Virus record (IMG/VR): IMGVR_UViG_3300028610_002211
Span: 1 to 64,000 of that record
Direction: 5' to 3' (one strand)
DNA length: 64,000 nucleotides
Source: a virus
The translations under genes were made by a program, and so were the position numbers. Of this stretch, positions 19,349 to 29,401 are shown one piece after another. Below the pieces are notes generated by a model. It was not told where the DNA came from. It was given only the letters and a program-made list of their open reading frames with translations, and searched no databases. Within the stretch, counting starts at the first letter, position 1. Every line of letters starts with the position of its first letter.

Positions 19349-19389
19349 CCCTTTAAATCTTTAACGCGAATTTGAAAGGATAGCCGATC

Positions 19390-20523
19390 ATGGCTAAGAA
19401 GAAAAAAATCGGGCTCAATTTGTCGAAGATGAAAAATGAAGCGCCGAAAAAAGCGATCGTTAAAAAGAAAAAGACAAAAGAGAAAAAGCCGGTTTTAGCC
19501 AAACAAAAGCTACAAAATAGGGACGATCTAATCGATTCCTATTTGGTTGCGATTGACGGCGCTCAATTGCTTGGTGGCCATGGCATGGCCCGGAAAATTC
19601 GCGGTGTACTTTCAACACAAGTGCCGGGATTGAATGCTGCTATAGGGCGCGGTGGTATTCCTCTCGGTCGTTTGTCTATTTTAGCGGGTCCGGAAGGGAC
19701 AGGGAAAACAACCCTTGCCTTGCATTTGGCTGCACAATGCCAAGCGCAAGGCGGGGTTGTGATCTATGTTGACACAGAATATAAACTCGATCCGGATTAT
19801 GCGCAAGCGATCGGCGTTGATACAAAACGCCTTGTTATACTTCAACCTCCACATCTCGAAGCTGTTTTTATGGCCGGTGAACATGTGATCGAACAAGCCA
19901 AAAAATATCGAACCGATGTTGGTGTTAGAATACCGATTTTATTTATTCAAGATTCAATGAATTCATCTATTTCTAAAGCGGAATATGAAGGTGAACACGG
20001 CGACGATTTCTATTCACCACAAGCGCGGGTTTACTCCAAAAGTTTACCCAAATTCATGCCAAAAGTTTCAAAAGAAGATGTGGCGTTATTTTTCTTAGGA
20101 CAAGAACGGAAGAAGATCGGCGTTATATTCGGCGACGATTTTAGCTTAATCGGTGGATCGGCTCCAAAACATTATTCTAGTTTGATAATGCGAATTAAAC
20201 GAATTGGATTGGTCAAAAAGGATAATCAGCAAATTGCAAGCCGAGTAACTATTGAATGTGTCAAAAATCAAATTGCACCACCGTTCAGAAAAACAGAATG
20301 TTTGATTGAATTTGGAAAAGGGATCAATCCATATCATTCTTTGGCTCATTCTGCTTTGCAGTTGGGGATAATTGAGCAAAGTGGCGCTTGGTACAGTTAC
20401 AAGGGAAAACAGCTCGGGCAAGGTTTAGATAAAACAGCTTTGTTCCTAAAAAAACACAGAAAGCTTTATGAAAAGATTGAAAAAAAGCTTTATAAAAAAT
20501 CGTTTGTGAAAAGTGCAAAATGA
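19390..20523 (+). CDS. recA: RecA recombinase
   Basis: GGIPLGR, GPEGTGKTT, YVDTEY.LDP.YA, KNQIAPPFR, GAWYSY. Confidence 0.95.
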   Translation: MAKKKKIGLNLSKMKNEAPKKAIVKKKKTKEKKPVLAKQKLQNRDDLIDSYLVAIDGAQLLGGHGMARKIRGVLSTQVPGLNAAIGRGGIPLGRLSILAGPEGTGKTTLALHLAAQCQAQGGVVIYVDTEYKLDPDYAQAIGVDTKRLVILQPPHLEAVFMAGEHVIEQAKKYRTDVGVRIPILFIQDSMNSSISKAEYEGEHGDDFYSPQARVYSKSLPKFMPKVSKEDVALFFLGQERKKIGVIFGDDFSLIGGSAPKHYSSLIMRIKRIGLVKKDNQQIASRVTIECVKNQIAPPFRKTECLIEFGKGINPYHSLAHSALQLGIIEQSGAWYSYKGKQLGQGLDKTALFLKKHRKLYEKIEKKLYKKSFVKSAK

Positions 20524-21647
20524 GAATCGTTTTCACAGCCGATGTTCATATGTCGAATAACCTTCCTTTTTCAACGCCGTTAACCGGTCAACCGGATAAT
20601 TTGAAAGGATACACTGGGCGCCTTTTAGAACAGCGCGATATATGGGACCAAATTTTCAGTTTTATTAAAAAGAAAAATGCAAAAGCGCTGTTTATCTTAG
20701 GCGACTTGTTCGATCATAGCAGGGTTGACGCTGTAACGCTCACAGAGACGGTCAGGAACGTTGTAAATTGCCCGGTACCTGTCTACCTATTACCTGGCAA
20801 TCATGACGCTACAACGACCACTGGGGGGCGTTTTACGGTTGAAGCTTTTGAAGCGATGAATAACGAAAAAATCAAAGTGATCGGTAACACGTTAAAACCG
20901 ATCGAGTTTGGTAAAACAAGGTTTTATTCGGTGTCTTTTCGGACTCATTCAAAAACCGAATTGGCGATTAAAAAAATCAGTAAAAGAATGGATCGCAATC
21001 GGCTTAATGTGTTGTTACTACATTGCAGTATTTTGGGCGCTGAAGCTTATGGGTGGAAATGTGACGACGGGGTTAATCCAAAGCTTTTCGAGCCTTTTGA
21101 TCATGTGTTAGCTGGCCATTTTCACAGAACACAAGCGTTTTCCGAAAACGGGTTTTATGTTGGCGCGCCAATGCAACACAGTTTTGCAGACGAAGGTACA
21201 CCAAGCGGGATTTGGGTTGCGAATTTTCACGGAAAACACAAACCTACATTCTTTCAACATTTTGAAACGACGGCGGCGCGTTTTCATACTTTTGGAATTG
21301 ACGAGTATGCACATTGGGAAGATGATGAATTCAAAGAAATAAAAACCGGCGATTTTGTGCGTTTCGAAGTTAAAACAACTCATGCCGATTGGATAAAGAA
21401 GAAAGTTCAAGTTGATGAACTTTGCGCAAGACTTGCAGAAAAGAAAGGTTGGCAAGTCGATTACAAATTCAGGCCGATTTCACAATCTAGCCAAAGGATC
21501 GCATTGCCAAAAAGCGGCGGCGCGATCTCGCTTAAAAAAACAATCGCGCAATATGTTAAAGCAACCGAAACAGATTTGAATTCGAAAGCGCTTCGAGCGC
21601 TTGGCAAAGATATTTTGGCCAGTGTTGGGAAACAATGGAGAGTGTAA
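20520..21647 (+). CDS. SbcD/Mre11-like nuclease
   Basis: TADVH, GDLFD, GNHD and GHFH metallophosphoesterase motifs. Confidence 0.9.
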   Translation: MRIVFTADVHMSNNLPFSTPLTGQPDNLKGYTGRLLEQRDIWDQIFSFIKKKNAKALFILGDLFDHSRVDAVTLTETVRNVVNCPVPVYLLPGNHDATTTTGGRFTVEAFEAMNNEKIKVIGNTLKPIEFGKTRFYSVSFRTHSKTELAIKKISKRMDRNRLNVLLLHCSILGAEAYGWKCDDGVNPKLFEPFDHVLAGHFHRTQAFSENGFYVGAPMQHSFADEGTPSGIWVANFHGKHKPTFFQHFETTAARFHTFGIDEYAHWEDDEFKEIKTGDFVRFEVKTTHADWIKKKVQVDELCARLAEKKGWQVDYKFRPISQSSQRIALPKSGGAISLKKTIAQYVKATETDLNSKALRALGKDILASVGKQWRV

Positions 21648-21648
21648 T

Positions 21649-22258
21649 ATGGGAATTGAAATAAGTGTTTTAGAGATAGAAAAAAAATATTATGTTCATC
21701 TTGTTGTTGAACATAAAAAACATTCTTGTCTTGGCGTTGGCAATACAAAAACAGAAGTTATGGAGAATGCGTTGAAAAAAATTCTCATAATCGAGAAAGA
21801 ATTGAAAAATGCAAAAGAGACTCTTTTTGGTTTGTTAAAGAAAGACTGAACGGGGGGTGTAAATTGAAAGCAGTGATCATAAACGAGAAGTATTTAGAAG
21901 AACGGTTTGAAGCCTTTATCAATCGGGTGAAACTTGGCGTTGCTGAAATGAGACATTTAAATCAACCTGACAAAGACGCAATTTTTCGGTCATTCAATTA
22001 TCATGCGCATAAGTTTATAAAGGAGTTGTTTACGGGGCCAGACAGGTAAATAGAAGGTGTAAAATGGAAAAAGAAATAAAAGTCAGTGTACGGTGGTTTG
22101 ATGGTTATCTAGAAGAATTCGATTGTACTGAAATTCGGTTTGGATCGGATTTGCTTTGGATGCGATTGTGTGACGGTCAAAATCGAAATATCCCCTTAAG
22201 GCAGGTTCGCTGGTTTTCACAGACACCGGAAAGTCATGCTACCATAACGAAAAAATAA
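21649..22258 (+). CDS. Three small hypothetical genes inserted between SbcD and SbcC (21649-21849, ~21863-22049, 22064-22258)
   Basis: Consecutive short + ORFs. Confidence 0.55.
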
Positions 22259-24220
22259 ATGGAACTTTTAGAACTTAGCGCAACCGATTTTTGTTGTTTT
22301 TCCAGTTTCGCATTGAAGCTGAAAAAAGCCGGTTTGGTGTGGATAACCGGCAGAAACAAGGACACCAAATCAGCGGATAACAACGGATCGGGTAAGAGTA
22401 CCATTTTCAAGGCTCTGACATGGACGCTGTACGGCCAAACGATTGATGGTGAACGCGGGGACGGGGTTATAAAGGACGGCGCTCAGAAGGCCGTAGCGTG
22501 CGTTCTGATAGGTGATCGAGATTCAACTTACAAGGTCACGCGGACAAGAAAACCGGGTTCACCTCTTTTAAAGCTTTCGAAAGACGGCGCGGCGGTCAAA
22601 TTACCAAAAAAAGAATTACAAGCGCGGATCGATTCTCTTTTAGGGCTCGATTACCAAGCGTTTAAAAATACGGTTTTTTACGGTCAAAACGATTCAAGCC
22701 GGTTTGCGGATCCAAAAACAAGAGATAGCGAAAGAAAAGGCGTTTTACACAAAATTTTGGGTCTTGGAATATTGAAACTTTGCCACGAGGAAACAAGGCG
22801 CCGAAGACTTGCCCGGCGAAAAGATTTGACGGCGGTTGAAACAAAAATCGAAGCTCAAAAGGCGCGGATAGAGGAACAGAGCCTTGACGAGTTGCGAAAG
22901 GGAATGAAGCAATTTGAAAGGGTACGCCAACACGAGCTTGAACGCGTTCAACGTGAAATAGATTTAATGTCTGATGATATTGATGAAAGCGAATTGAACG
23001 GATCGACAGAACAGATCGCCGAATTGGCATTGAAGAAAGCGAAACTTGCCAAGAAAATTTATGATTGGGAAGGTGTGCGCGATCTGTTCAATATTCCTTA
23101 TATGGAAGGCACTGAAACGGAAACTAGAAACGAAATCGAAAAGCTAAAAACAGAATTGAGAAAGGTCAAAAGGGATCGAACGATTTTGGGGAGTAACGCG
23201 GCGGTTTATGCCGATCAACTTTCGCTTTTAGAGGGTTCAAATTGTCCAACTTGTTCGTCGCCAATAAAAAAGGGCGTGGCCAAAAAACACAAAAAAGAGA
23301 TACAAGATAAGTTTGAAGATTTTGTGGAACAGATAACGACTAAGGGCCCGATCATCAAATCGATAAAAAAGAAGATCTTGGCACAAAAGAAAATACTCTC
23401 AAAAGTTCAAACCGATTTGGGTAAAGTTGATAAGTTAAAACATTTGATTGATTCCGGCGATAAAAAGATCGCGGGCATGAATCGACAAATCGCGAACCTT
23501 GAAAAACAGTGCGCGGAACAAGATAAACAAGCCGCATTGAGACAAAGAGATCTTGACACGTTGCACGCCGAATTAAAAAAGAATGAAAAAGAAGAAAACC
23601 CGTTTATCGAATTGTTGAAAAAAGCACTTGAAAAAGCAAGATTGTATATTGCTCAACTCAAAACACTAAAAAAGAAAAAGCGGAAAGTTGTTTCTGATTT
23701 GGCCAATATAGAGTACTGGTTTAGGGGCTTCTCAAATCAAGGTTTACCCTCTTTTGTGTTAGACGGGGTTATGCCGATTTTAACAGATAGGGCAAACCAC
23801 TATTTAGAAATGTTAACAGACGGGGATATAATAGTTGATTTTTCAACACAACGCGAAAAGAAAGCCACAAAAGGCGAAATGCGCGACGAAATCGCGATCA
23901 ACTGGACAATTGAAGGTGTTACAGGATACCCACCAAGCGGCGGGCAACTCAAAAAAATCGAGATAGCGACAGACCTAGCCTTAATGGATTTGGCGGTTTC
24001 AAATGGTGGCAAGGCGCCGGATATACTTTGTTTAGATGAAATACTTGACGGGCTCGACGAAAAGGGCGTTCAACGTGTGCTTTTGTTGTTGCAAGATTTG
24101 AGGCGAAAACGCGGATCGATTTTTGTGATCTCGCATGATGATCGTATGTCTGAAATTTTTGAGCGTTCAATTATCGTAAAAAAGAAAAACGGCGAGTCAA
24201 AGTTGAAGGTTGTTGGATGA
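22259..24220 (+). CDS. SbcC/Rad50-like ATPase
   Basis: NGSGKS Walker A, CPTC zinc hook, SGGQ signature, LDEILDGLD, ISH. Confidence 0.92.
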   Translation: MELLELSATDFCCFSSFALKLKKAGLVWITGRNKDTKSADNNGSGKSTIFKALTWTLYGQTIDGERGDGVIKDGAQKAVACVLIGDRDSTYKVTRTRKPGSPLLKLSKDGAAVKLPKKELQARIDSLLGLDYQAFKNTVFYGQNDSSRFADPKTRDSERKGVLHKILGLGILKLCHEETRRRRLARRKDLTAVETKIEAQKARIEEQSLDELRKGMKQFERVRQHELERVQREIDLMSDDIDESELNGSTEQIAELALKKAKLAKKIYDWEGVRDLFNIPYMEGTETETRNEIEKLKTELRKVKRDRTILGSNAAVYADQLSLLEGSNCPTCSSPIKKGVAKKHKKEIQDKFEDFVEQITTKGPIIKSIKKKILAQKKILSKVQTDLGKVDKLKHLIDSGDKKIAGMNRQIANLEKQCAEQDKQAALRQRDLDTLHAELKKNEKEENPFIELLKKALEKARLYIAQLKTLKKKKRKVVSDLANIEYWFRGFSNQGLPSFVLDGVMPILTDRANHYLEMLTDGDIIVDFSTQREKKATKGEMRDEIAINWTIEGVTGYPPSGGQLKKIEIATDLALMDLAVSNGGKAPDILCLDEILDGLDEKGVQRVLLLLQDLRRKRGSIFVISHDDRMSEIFERSIIVKKKNGESKLKVVG

Positions 24221-24542
24221 AAGAGCGTTGGAAAAAATTACATTTGTGGTTGGGGGTGAAGGGATGAACCAAAACAGTGCAGGTGCAGTAAGAACCCCTT
24301 TTGGGCATTGCGATTGGTCGTTTGAGGGTGATTATGTACATATCTATAATTTGTTCGTACAGCCTAAATTTAGGAGGGCGGGCGTGGCTAGTGAGATTTT
24401 GCAACAGGCAATAAACGAGATACGAGCGACAGGTTATGTAGGTAAGATAAGCATTGTCGCGGATTCGAAAAGTAGCTTTGTAGAAAGGTTAGCGTATTTC
24501 TACGAACGGATGGGATTAGAAGTGTATGGTTACTATGGTTGA
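24210..24542 (+). CDS. GNAT acetyltransferase (alternative start 24264)
   Basis: LFVQPKFRRAGVA...FYERMG motif A/B. Confidence 0.8.
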   Translation: MLDERALEKITFVVGGEGMNQNSAGAVRTPFGHCDWSFEGDYVHIYNLFVQPKFRRAGVASEILQQAINEIRATGYVGKISIVADSKSSFVERLAYFYERMGLEVYGYYG

Positions 24543-25227
24543 ATGTTGGCCGGTTATGCCACTGTGCAAACGACAAATGCGCGACGTTAGAAAAGAAGAT
24601 GTTTTGTATAATGGTCTTTACAGGTTGTGTGATATTTATCGTGGCGGCGGCGGTTATGATCGTTTTGGAGTAATTTTTAAAAAACGTTTTGGATTTTTAC
24701 CAAATCCAATTCAGTTTGTAGTTCAATTAAAAGGTTGTCCTTTGAGTTGTAATTATTGCTATGTGACCGTTGACGGGGTTCACGGGGAAGCGGTTAACCT
24801 TTCGACAAAAAAATTGTTGACCGATTATTATGATACCAGGGTTGATGTTTTTCATTTAATGGGTGGTGCTCCGGCTTTATATTTAACGAAATGGAAAGAA
24901 TTGTCTTCAAAGGTTAAGGTGTTTCATAGTGATTTTTTACTTATAGAACATTTATATGATATTGAGAGTTTAAAACCATTGAAAGGACTTTTTGCGATTT
25001 CGCTGAAAGAAAATAGATTTTATACAAAGGATCATTTTGATTTAATGTGGAGGAACTTAGAGACGATAAAAAAATCGAAAATAGAATTTTATATAACTTT
25101 TACCGGCCAATGTAAAATTAGGAGCGAAGTTGTTAAGAGGTTTGGGGAGTTGATTTTAGAAGATTCTTTTTCAATAGAGGTGGTTGAATACAATGCATTG
25201 AAGTCGATTTCAAGGGGTTTATCGTGA
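24526..25227 (+). CDS. Radical SAM protein (short)
   Basis: CPLSCNYC (CxxxCxxC) and LMGGAP. Confidence 0.75.
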   Translation: MVTMVECWPVMPLCKRQMRDVRKEDVLYNGLYRLCDIYRGGGGYDRFGVIFKKRFGFLPNPIQFVVQLKGCPLSCNYCYVTVDGVHGEAVNLSTKKLLTDYYDTRVDVFHLMGGAPALYLTKWKELSSKVKVFHSDFLLIEHLYDIESLKPLKGLFAISLKENRFYTKDHFDLMWRNLETIKKSKIEFYITFTGQCKIRSEVVKRFGELILEDSFSIEVVEYNALKSISRGLS

Positions 25228-25934
25228 AGAAGCAAAAAAAACAAATCGTTTGTCATGGTTGGGATCTTGCTTTGAATCATTCTGGTTATATAGAGTTGAC
25301 CAACGGTAAATTAACCAATTTTTTCTATATAACGAACAAGGCGGGCGCGGCAAAACAATCGAATCGTGGTTTTCGGTTGATTACTCCAAAATACATCAAC
25401 GTTGATGGTAAAAGAAAAGTTGAAAAACAATTTTACGGTGTCGAGCGCCTTTCGTTTATCAAAAATTTCATAACCGAAACGGTGATCGCGAAAAAACCAG
25501 ACTATGCCGGAATCGAGGATTATGCAATTAGAGCCGAACAGGGGGCGCATTATATGGGTGAAGTTGGCGGTGTTGGTCGTTTGATTTGTTGGGAAAACGA
25601 AATCCCTTTGAGACTACACGATCCGATTTCGGTTAAAATGTTTGCAACCCATGATGGGACTTGCCAAAAAGACCTTGTTGAAGAAGCTGTTTTAGAAAGG
25701 TGGGGTTATGATTTCAGCGATTTCAACCAACCCGCGCCAAGCAACAACAGGGAAGTGAGTGAAGATCTTTGTGACGCTTTCGTAATTGCTCAATTGGTTT
25801 GGACAGAATACCAACTTAGAAATGGGTTGATTTCAATGTCGGATTTGCATCCGAAGGAAATACAAGTGTTCAATCGTATTACGAAGTCATATCCGATTTC
25901 TTTGTTGTCTCGTGAATGGATACAAGTATCGTGA
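25224..25934 (+). CDS. RuvC-like Holliday junction resolvase
   Basis: GWDLALNHSG, IEDY, KMFAT..G...K, DLCDA. Confidence 0.75.
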   Translation: MKKQKKQIVCHGWDLALNHSGYIELTNGKLTNFFYITNKAGAAKQSNRGFRLITPKYINVDGKRKVEKQFYGVERLSFIKNFITETVIAKKPDYAGIEDYAIRAEQGAHYMGEVGGVGRLICWENEIPLRLHDPISVKMFATHDGTCQKDLVEEAVLERWGYDFSDFNQPAPSNNREVSEDLCDAFVIAQLVWTEYQLRNGLISMSDLHPKEIQVFNRITKSYPISLLSREWIQVS

Positions 25935-26866
25935 TGAAAATTGATCCCTGGATTTTGGCAGAATATCAAAAGTTACCACTATCTGTCAAAATAAAAATGA
26001 CATTGAATAGAATAGAAGAATGGCACAGAAAACATGATAGTAAAATTTATGTTTCGTTTTCTGGCGGTAAAGATTCGACTGTTTTGTTAGACTTAACCAG
26101 AAAGATTAATAAAAGTATTGTGGCTGTTTTTTCGGACACTGGGTTAGAATATCCCGAGGTCAGAAAGTTTGTGAAAGGGATTGAAAATGTAATTTGGATC
26201 AAACCAAAAAAAACTTTTCGGGTTGTTATAAAAGATTATGGTTTTCCAGTTGTATCGAAAGAAGTGTCCCAAAAAATATATGAAATAAAAAACACAAACT
26301 CAGATAAATTAAGAAACAAAAGGTTGTTTGGTGACGAAAAGGGTTATGGTAAATTACCAAACAAATGGCGATTTCTTTTAGAATCTGATTTTAAAATTTC
26401 TGATAAATGTTGCGATTGGTTGAAAAAAGCGCCATTTAAAAAATACGAAAAAGAAAGTGGTAATTTTCCGATCGTTGGAACGATGGCGTCTGATTCGCAT
26501 AGTCGTAAAACGTCTTATCTTAGAAACGGCTGTTTATCTTTTGGTGGCGAAAGACCAATGGCTACACCGATCGCTTTTTGGTTAGAAAAAGATATTTGGG
26601 ATTACATTAGAAAGGAAAAACTCGACTATTCACCAATATATGATCTTGGTTACGATAACACTGGTTGTATGTTTTGTATGTTTGGGGCTCATTTAGATCC
26701 GCCAACGAGAAATAAATTTATTATAATGAAAAGAACACACCCTGCTCAATGGCGCTATTGTGTTGAAAAACTTGGTTGTGGTGATGTTTTAGATTTTGTA
26801 GGTGTCAAAAGTGGTAGAAAATTTGGTCCATTGCAAGCTCTTTTGGCTTGCAAGAACGATAATTGA
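25934..26866 (+). CDS. PAPS reductase-family (PP-loop) protein
   Basis: SFSGGKDS, DTGLEYPE, CC..LKKAP, TGCMFC. Confidence 0.88.
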   Translation: MKIDPWILAEYQKLPLSVKIKMTLNRIEEWHRKHDSKIYVSFSGGKDSTVLLDLTRKINKSIVAVFSDTGLEYPEVRKFVKGIENVIWIKPKKTFRVVIKDYGFPVVSKEVSQKIYEIKNTNSDKLRNKRLFGDEKGYGKLPNKWRFLLESDFKISDKCCDWLKKAPFKKYEKESGNFPIVGTMASDSHSRKTSYLRNGCLSFGGERPMATPIAFWLEKDIWDYIRKEKLDYSPIYDLGYDNTGCMFCMFGAHLDPPTRNKFIIMKRTHPAQWRYCVEKLGCGDVLDFVGVKSGRKFGPLQALLACKNDN

Positions 26867-26904
26867 TAGGTGTAAAGTAAAATGGATACAAAAGGCGGCG
26901 TAAA

Positions 26905-27102
26905 ATGTATGAATTTGACGTTATGGTAGTTGGAAAAACACCTAAAGGGCTTTGGCTTCAATTTGATGAAGTTGACGAAGATTTGTTTATTCCGGATAGC
27001 CAAATTTCAGATGATAGCCCGATCTATCTGAAGAGTAAAAAAGGCGAAACCGGGACGATCATAATTACAAGCTGGATTGCAGAAAAAAAGGGGTTGTTAT
27101 GA
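26905..27102 (+). CDS. Hypothetical protein
   Basis: TPKG...FIPDSQI...WIAEKKG small beta-rich phage family. Confidence 0.65.
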   Translation: MYEFDVMVVGKTPKGLWLQFDEVDEDLFIPDSQISDDSPIYLKSKKGETGTIIITSWIAEKKGLL

Positions 27103-27659
27103 AGGCGTTGACACTATGGCCAGAGTGGCTTTGGGTGATTCGTTACCTTGGCAAACGAGTTGAAAACAGACGGTGGAAACTTCCAACAAATATGTTTTGG
27201 AAACCTGTTTTACTTCATGCTGGAATGTGTGTTGGTGGTGGCAAAGTGATCCAGGGCTTGGAATGGGTGAAGGCGATGGCCATTAATGCAAATGTCGATT
27301 GTGTCCGCGATGGTGATTGTCTTCATTTCACCAAAAAGATTTTTTCATCATTATCTTTGCTGCCGAGTGGGCTTGTTACATCACAGATCGCCGATGTTAA
27401 AACGACGTTACAGTTACACCTTCGGGAACTTAATCTTGGAAAGATTGTTGGAGTGACGGTTTTTTCCAATTGTCACCAAAGATATGGGAAGTGGTGTGTT
27501 GATGGCCAGTGGCAGTGGGAAATGGCGTATGTTCGTTTTTTCTTAGAACCGGTGCCGTGTAGAGGCTGGCAAAAATTATGGAATGTCAGTCCGGAAATTA
27601 TGTCACTGGTCGAAAAACAGCTTCTTGGATTTTCGCTTTTAGACAAAGGTTGGGAATAA
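27099..27659 (+). CDS. ASCH domain protein
   Basis: MKALTLWPEW...GKRVENR.W...LHAG...GWQKLW. Confidence 0.8.
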   Translation: MKALTLWPEWLWVIRYLGKRVENRRWKLPTNMFWKPVLLHAGMCVGGGKVIQGLEWVKAMAINANVDCVRDGDCLHFTKKIFSSLSLLPSGLVTSQIADVKTTLQLHLRELNLGKIVGVTVFSNCHQRYGKWCVDGQWQWEMAYVRFFLEPVPCRGWQKLWNVSPEIMSLVEKQLLGFSLLDKGWE

Positions 27660-27879
27660 TGATTCAACTATCTAACGGTAAATGGTGTTCCGAAGATGGT
27701 TATTGTTTTGTTAGTGATGACGAAACTCATTGTGAGTGTTGGTGGGACGGCGACGGTTGTTGTTTATGTGATGCGCCACCAATGACAGAAGAAGAAAAAA
27801 GAGAACAGGGGATGATCGAGACATTAACAAAACCGACACCAAAAGCAAAACTTGAATTGGATCGACTTGGGGTCAAAAA

Positions 27880-28818
27880 GTGACAATCAAGTTTTGGAAA
27901 CACAAGTCAAAGCTTTTGATCATTGACGGTCGGAATTTGCTTTGGAGAACAACAGACGCGTTTTCCGATTTGCACGTTAAAAAGAAAGCTGGCCATATTG
28001 CAACGGGCGGGGTTTATGGTTTCCTGTCAACAATGATTAGAATTTGGGATCGGTATGGTGGCAAAACGGTTGTTGCGTGGGAAGGTAAGGGAAACTTTCG
28101 CTTTGAGCTTTTCCCGGGTTACAAAGACAGGGGTGAACCCACCGAAGAAATGATCGATCTTATTGATGAAGTCAATGACCAACAGAAGCGCGTACAAGCG
28201 ATTCTGAGACGTGCCGGGATCGAGCAATACAAAGGGGTTGATTGTGAAGCGGATGACGTTATGGGGCGCTTGGCGTATCTCTGGACACGACGGGGGGAAG
28301 ATCAGGCGGTCATCTATACGGGCGACTCTGATTTGCGCCAATGTGTAACGGCTTACACATGGGTTGTATCTCCACAACGCAAGGCAAAAGAGGTTGTTTA
28401 TGATGTTAACGGGGTCAAGGAGAAAGACGGCGTTTACCCTCACTACATTCCCGATTTAAAGGCGCTAGCAGGCGACACAAGCGATAAAATACCAGGGTTG
28501 CCGGGTGTGGGTCAAGTAACAGCGGCGAAGCTTGTAAACGCTTTTGGGGACGTTGAAGAGATAATCACAGCGGCGAAGAAAAAAGCGACTTGGAAAGACC
28601 AAAACGAGCGGTTTCGATTATTGGTCAAAGGTAATAAAAATGAACTTCGGCTTTACAAAAAACTCACAAAGATAAAAATCAAAGCCAAATATCACGAGAT
28701 AGAAACAAAAAAAAGTCGAACGGAAACAAGAAAACATTTGATGTTTTATAGATTTCATTCTTTGATTATTCCAAGCGAATTACAAAAGTTGATGACAATG
28801 GGGAATAATGACCAGTAA
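27880..28818 (+). CDS. 5'-3' exonuclease / flap endonuclease
   Basis: IIDG.N, EADD, GDSD, GDTSDKIPG.PGVG. Confidence 0.93.
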   Translation: MTIKFWKHKSKLLIIDGRNLLWRTTDAFSDLHVKKKAGHIATGGVYGFLSTMIRIWDRYGGKTVVAWEGKGNFRFELFPGYKDRGEPTEEMIDLIDEVNDQQKRVQAILRRAGIEQYKGVDCEADDVMGRLAYLWTRRGEDQAVIYTGDSDLRQCVTAYTWVVSPQRKAKEVVYDVNGVKEKDGVYPHYIPDLKALAGDTSDKIPGLPGVGQVTAAKLVNAFGDVEEIITAAKKKATWKDQNERFRLLVKGNKNELRLYKKLTKIKIKAKYHEIETKKSRTETRKHLMFYRFHSLIIPSELQKLMTMGNNDQ

Positions 28819-29401
28819 AAAGAGAAAAAAGAGAGTTGAAAAACTGTCAAACCTTCAAGATCGTTGGATCGGTTGCAAACGTTGTGATTTGCACAAAGAA
28901 AGGAATAACGTTATTTTTTGGCGTGGTAACCCTTGCGCAAAAATAATGTTAATTGGAGAAGCGCCGGGCGAAACAGAAGATCTTGAAGGGGCGCCATTTA
29001 TTGGCGCTTCTGGCAAACAACTTGATTTGATGCTTAAAAAATGCGGACTCAAAGAAAAGCACATTTTTGTGTCAAATGTTTTGGGTTGTAGGCCACCAAG
29101 AAACGCCAATCCCGAACCTAAACAAGTTAAAGAATGCAGACCTCGAATTGAGCGTTTAATACAAATCGTTAAACCGGAGGTGATCGTTTTATTGGGTGGG
29201 CAAGCCGCTTTGTATATGGCCGGAATAACAATTTTAAAACCTTGGAAAGGTAAAATTGTCGAAATGTCGATTTCGAAAGATAATTATAGTGCGATTGTTA
29301 CATATCACCCTTCTTATTACCTAAGAAGAGGAAAAGATAAAACGATTTGGAAAGAAATAGTTTCGCATATTAAAATGGCGATCAAGGTTGCAAATGGATA
29401 A
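28808..29401 (+). CDS. Uracil-DNA glycosylase, family 4
   Basis: CxxC, GEAPG, PFIG.SG, CRPP.N, TYHPS. Confidence 0.92.
   Translation: MTSKKRKKRVEKLSNLQDRWIGCKRCDLHKERNNVIFWRGNPCAKIMLIGEAPGETEDLEGAPFIGASGKQLDLMLKKCGLKEKHIFVSNVLGCRPPRNANPEPKQVKECRPRIERLIQIVKPEVIVLLGGQAALYMAGITILKPWKGKIVEMSISKDNYSAIVTYHPSYYLRRGKDKTIWKEIVSHIKMAIKVANG

Noticed and set aside
18555-19364. Poly-Ser (minus strand) and Met/Thr-rich alternative ORFs
   Set aside because: Shadow frames of the GAY and Lys-rich repeats of the SSB gene.
13110-20523. Inteins or introns in dnaE and recA
   Set aside because: Lengths are near normal, catalytic motifs are contiguous, and no C...HN splice motifs or LAGLIDADG insert were seen.
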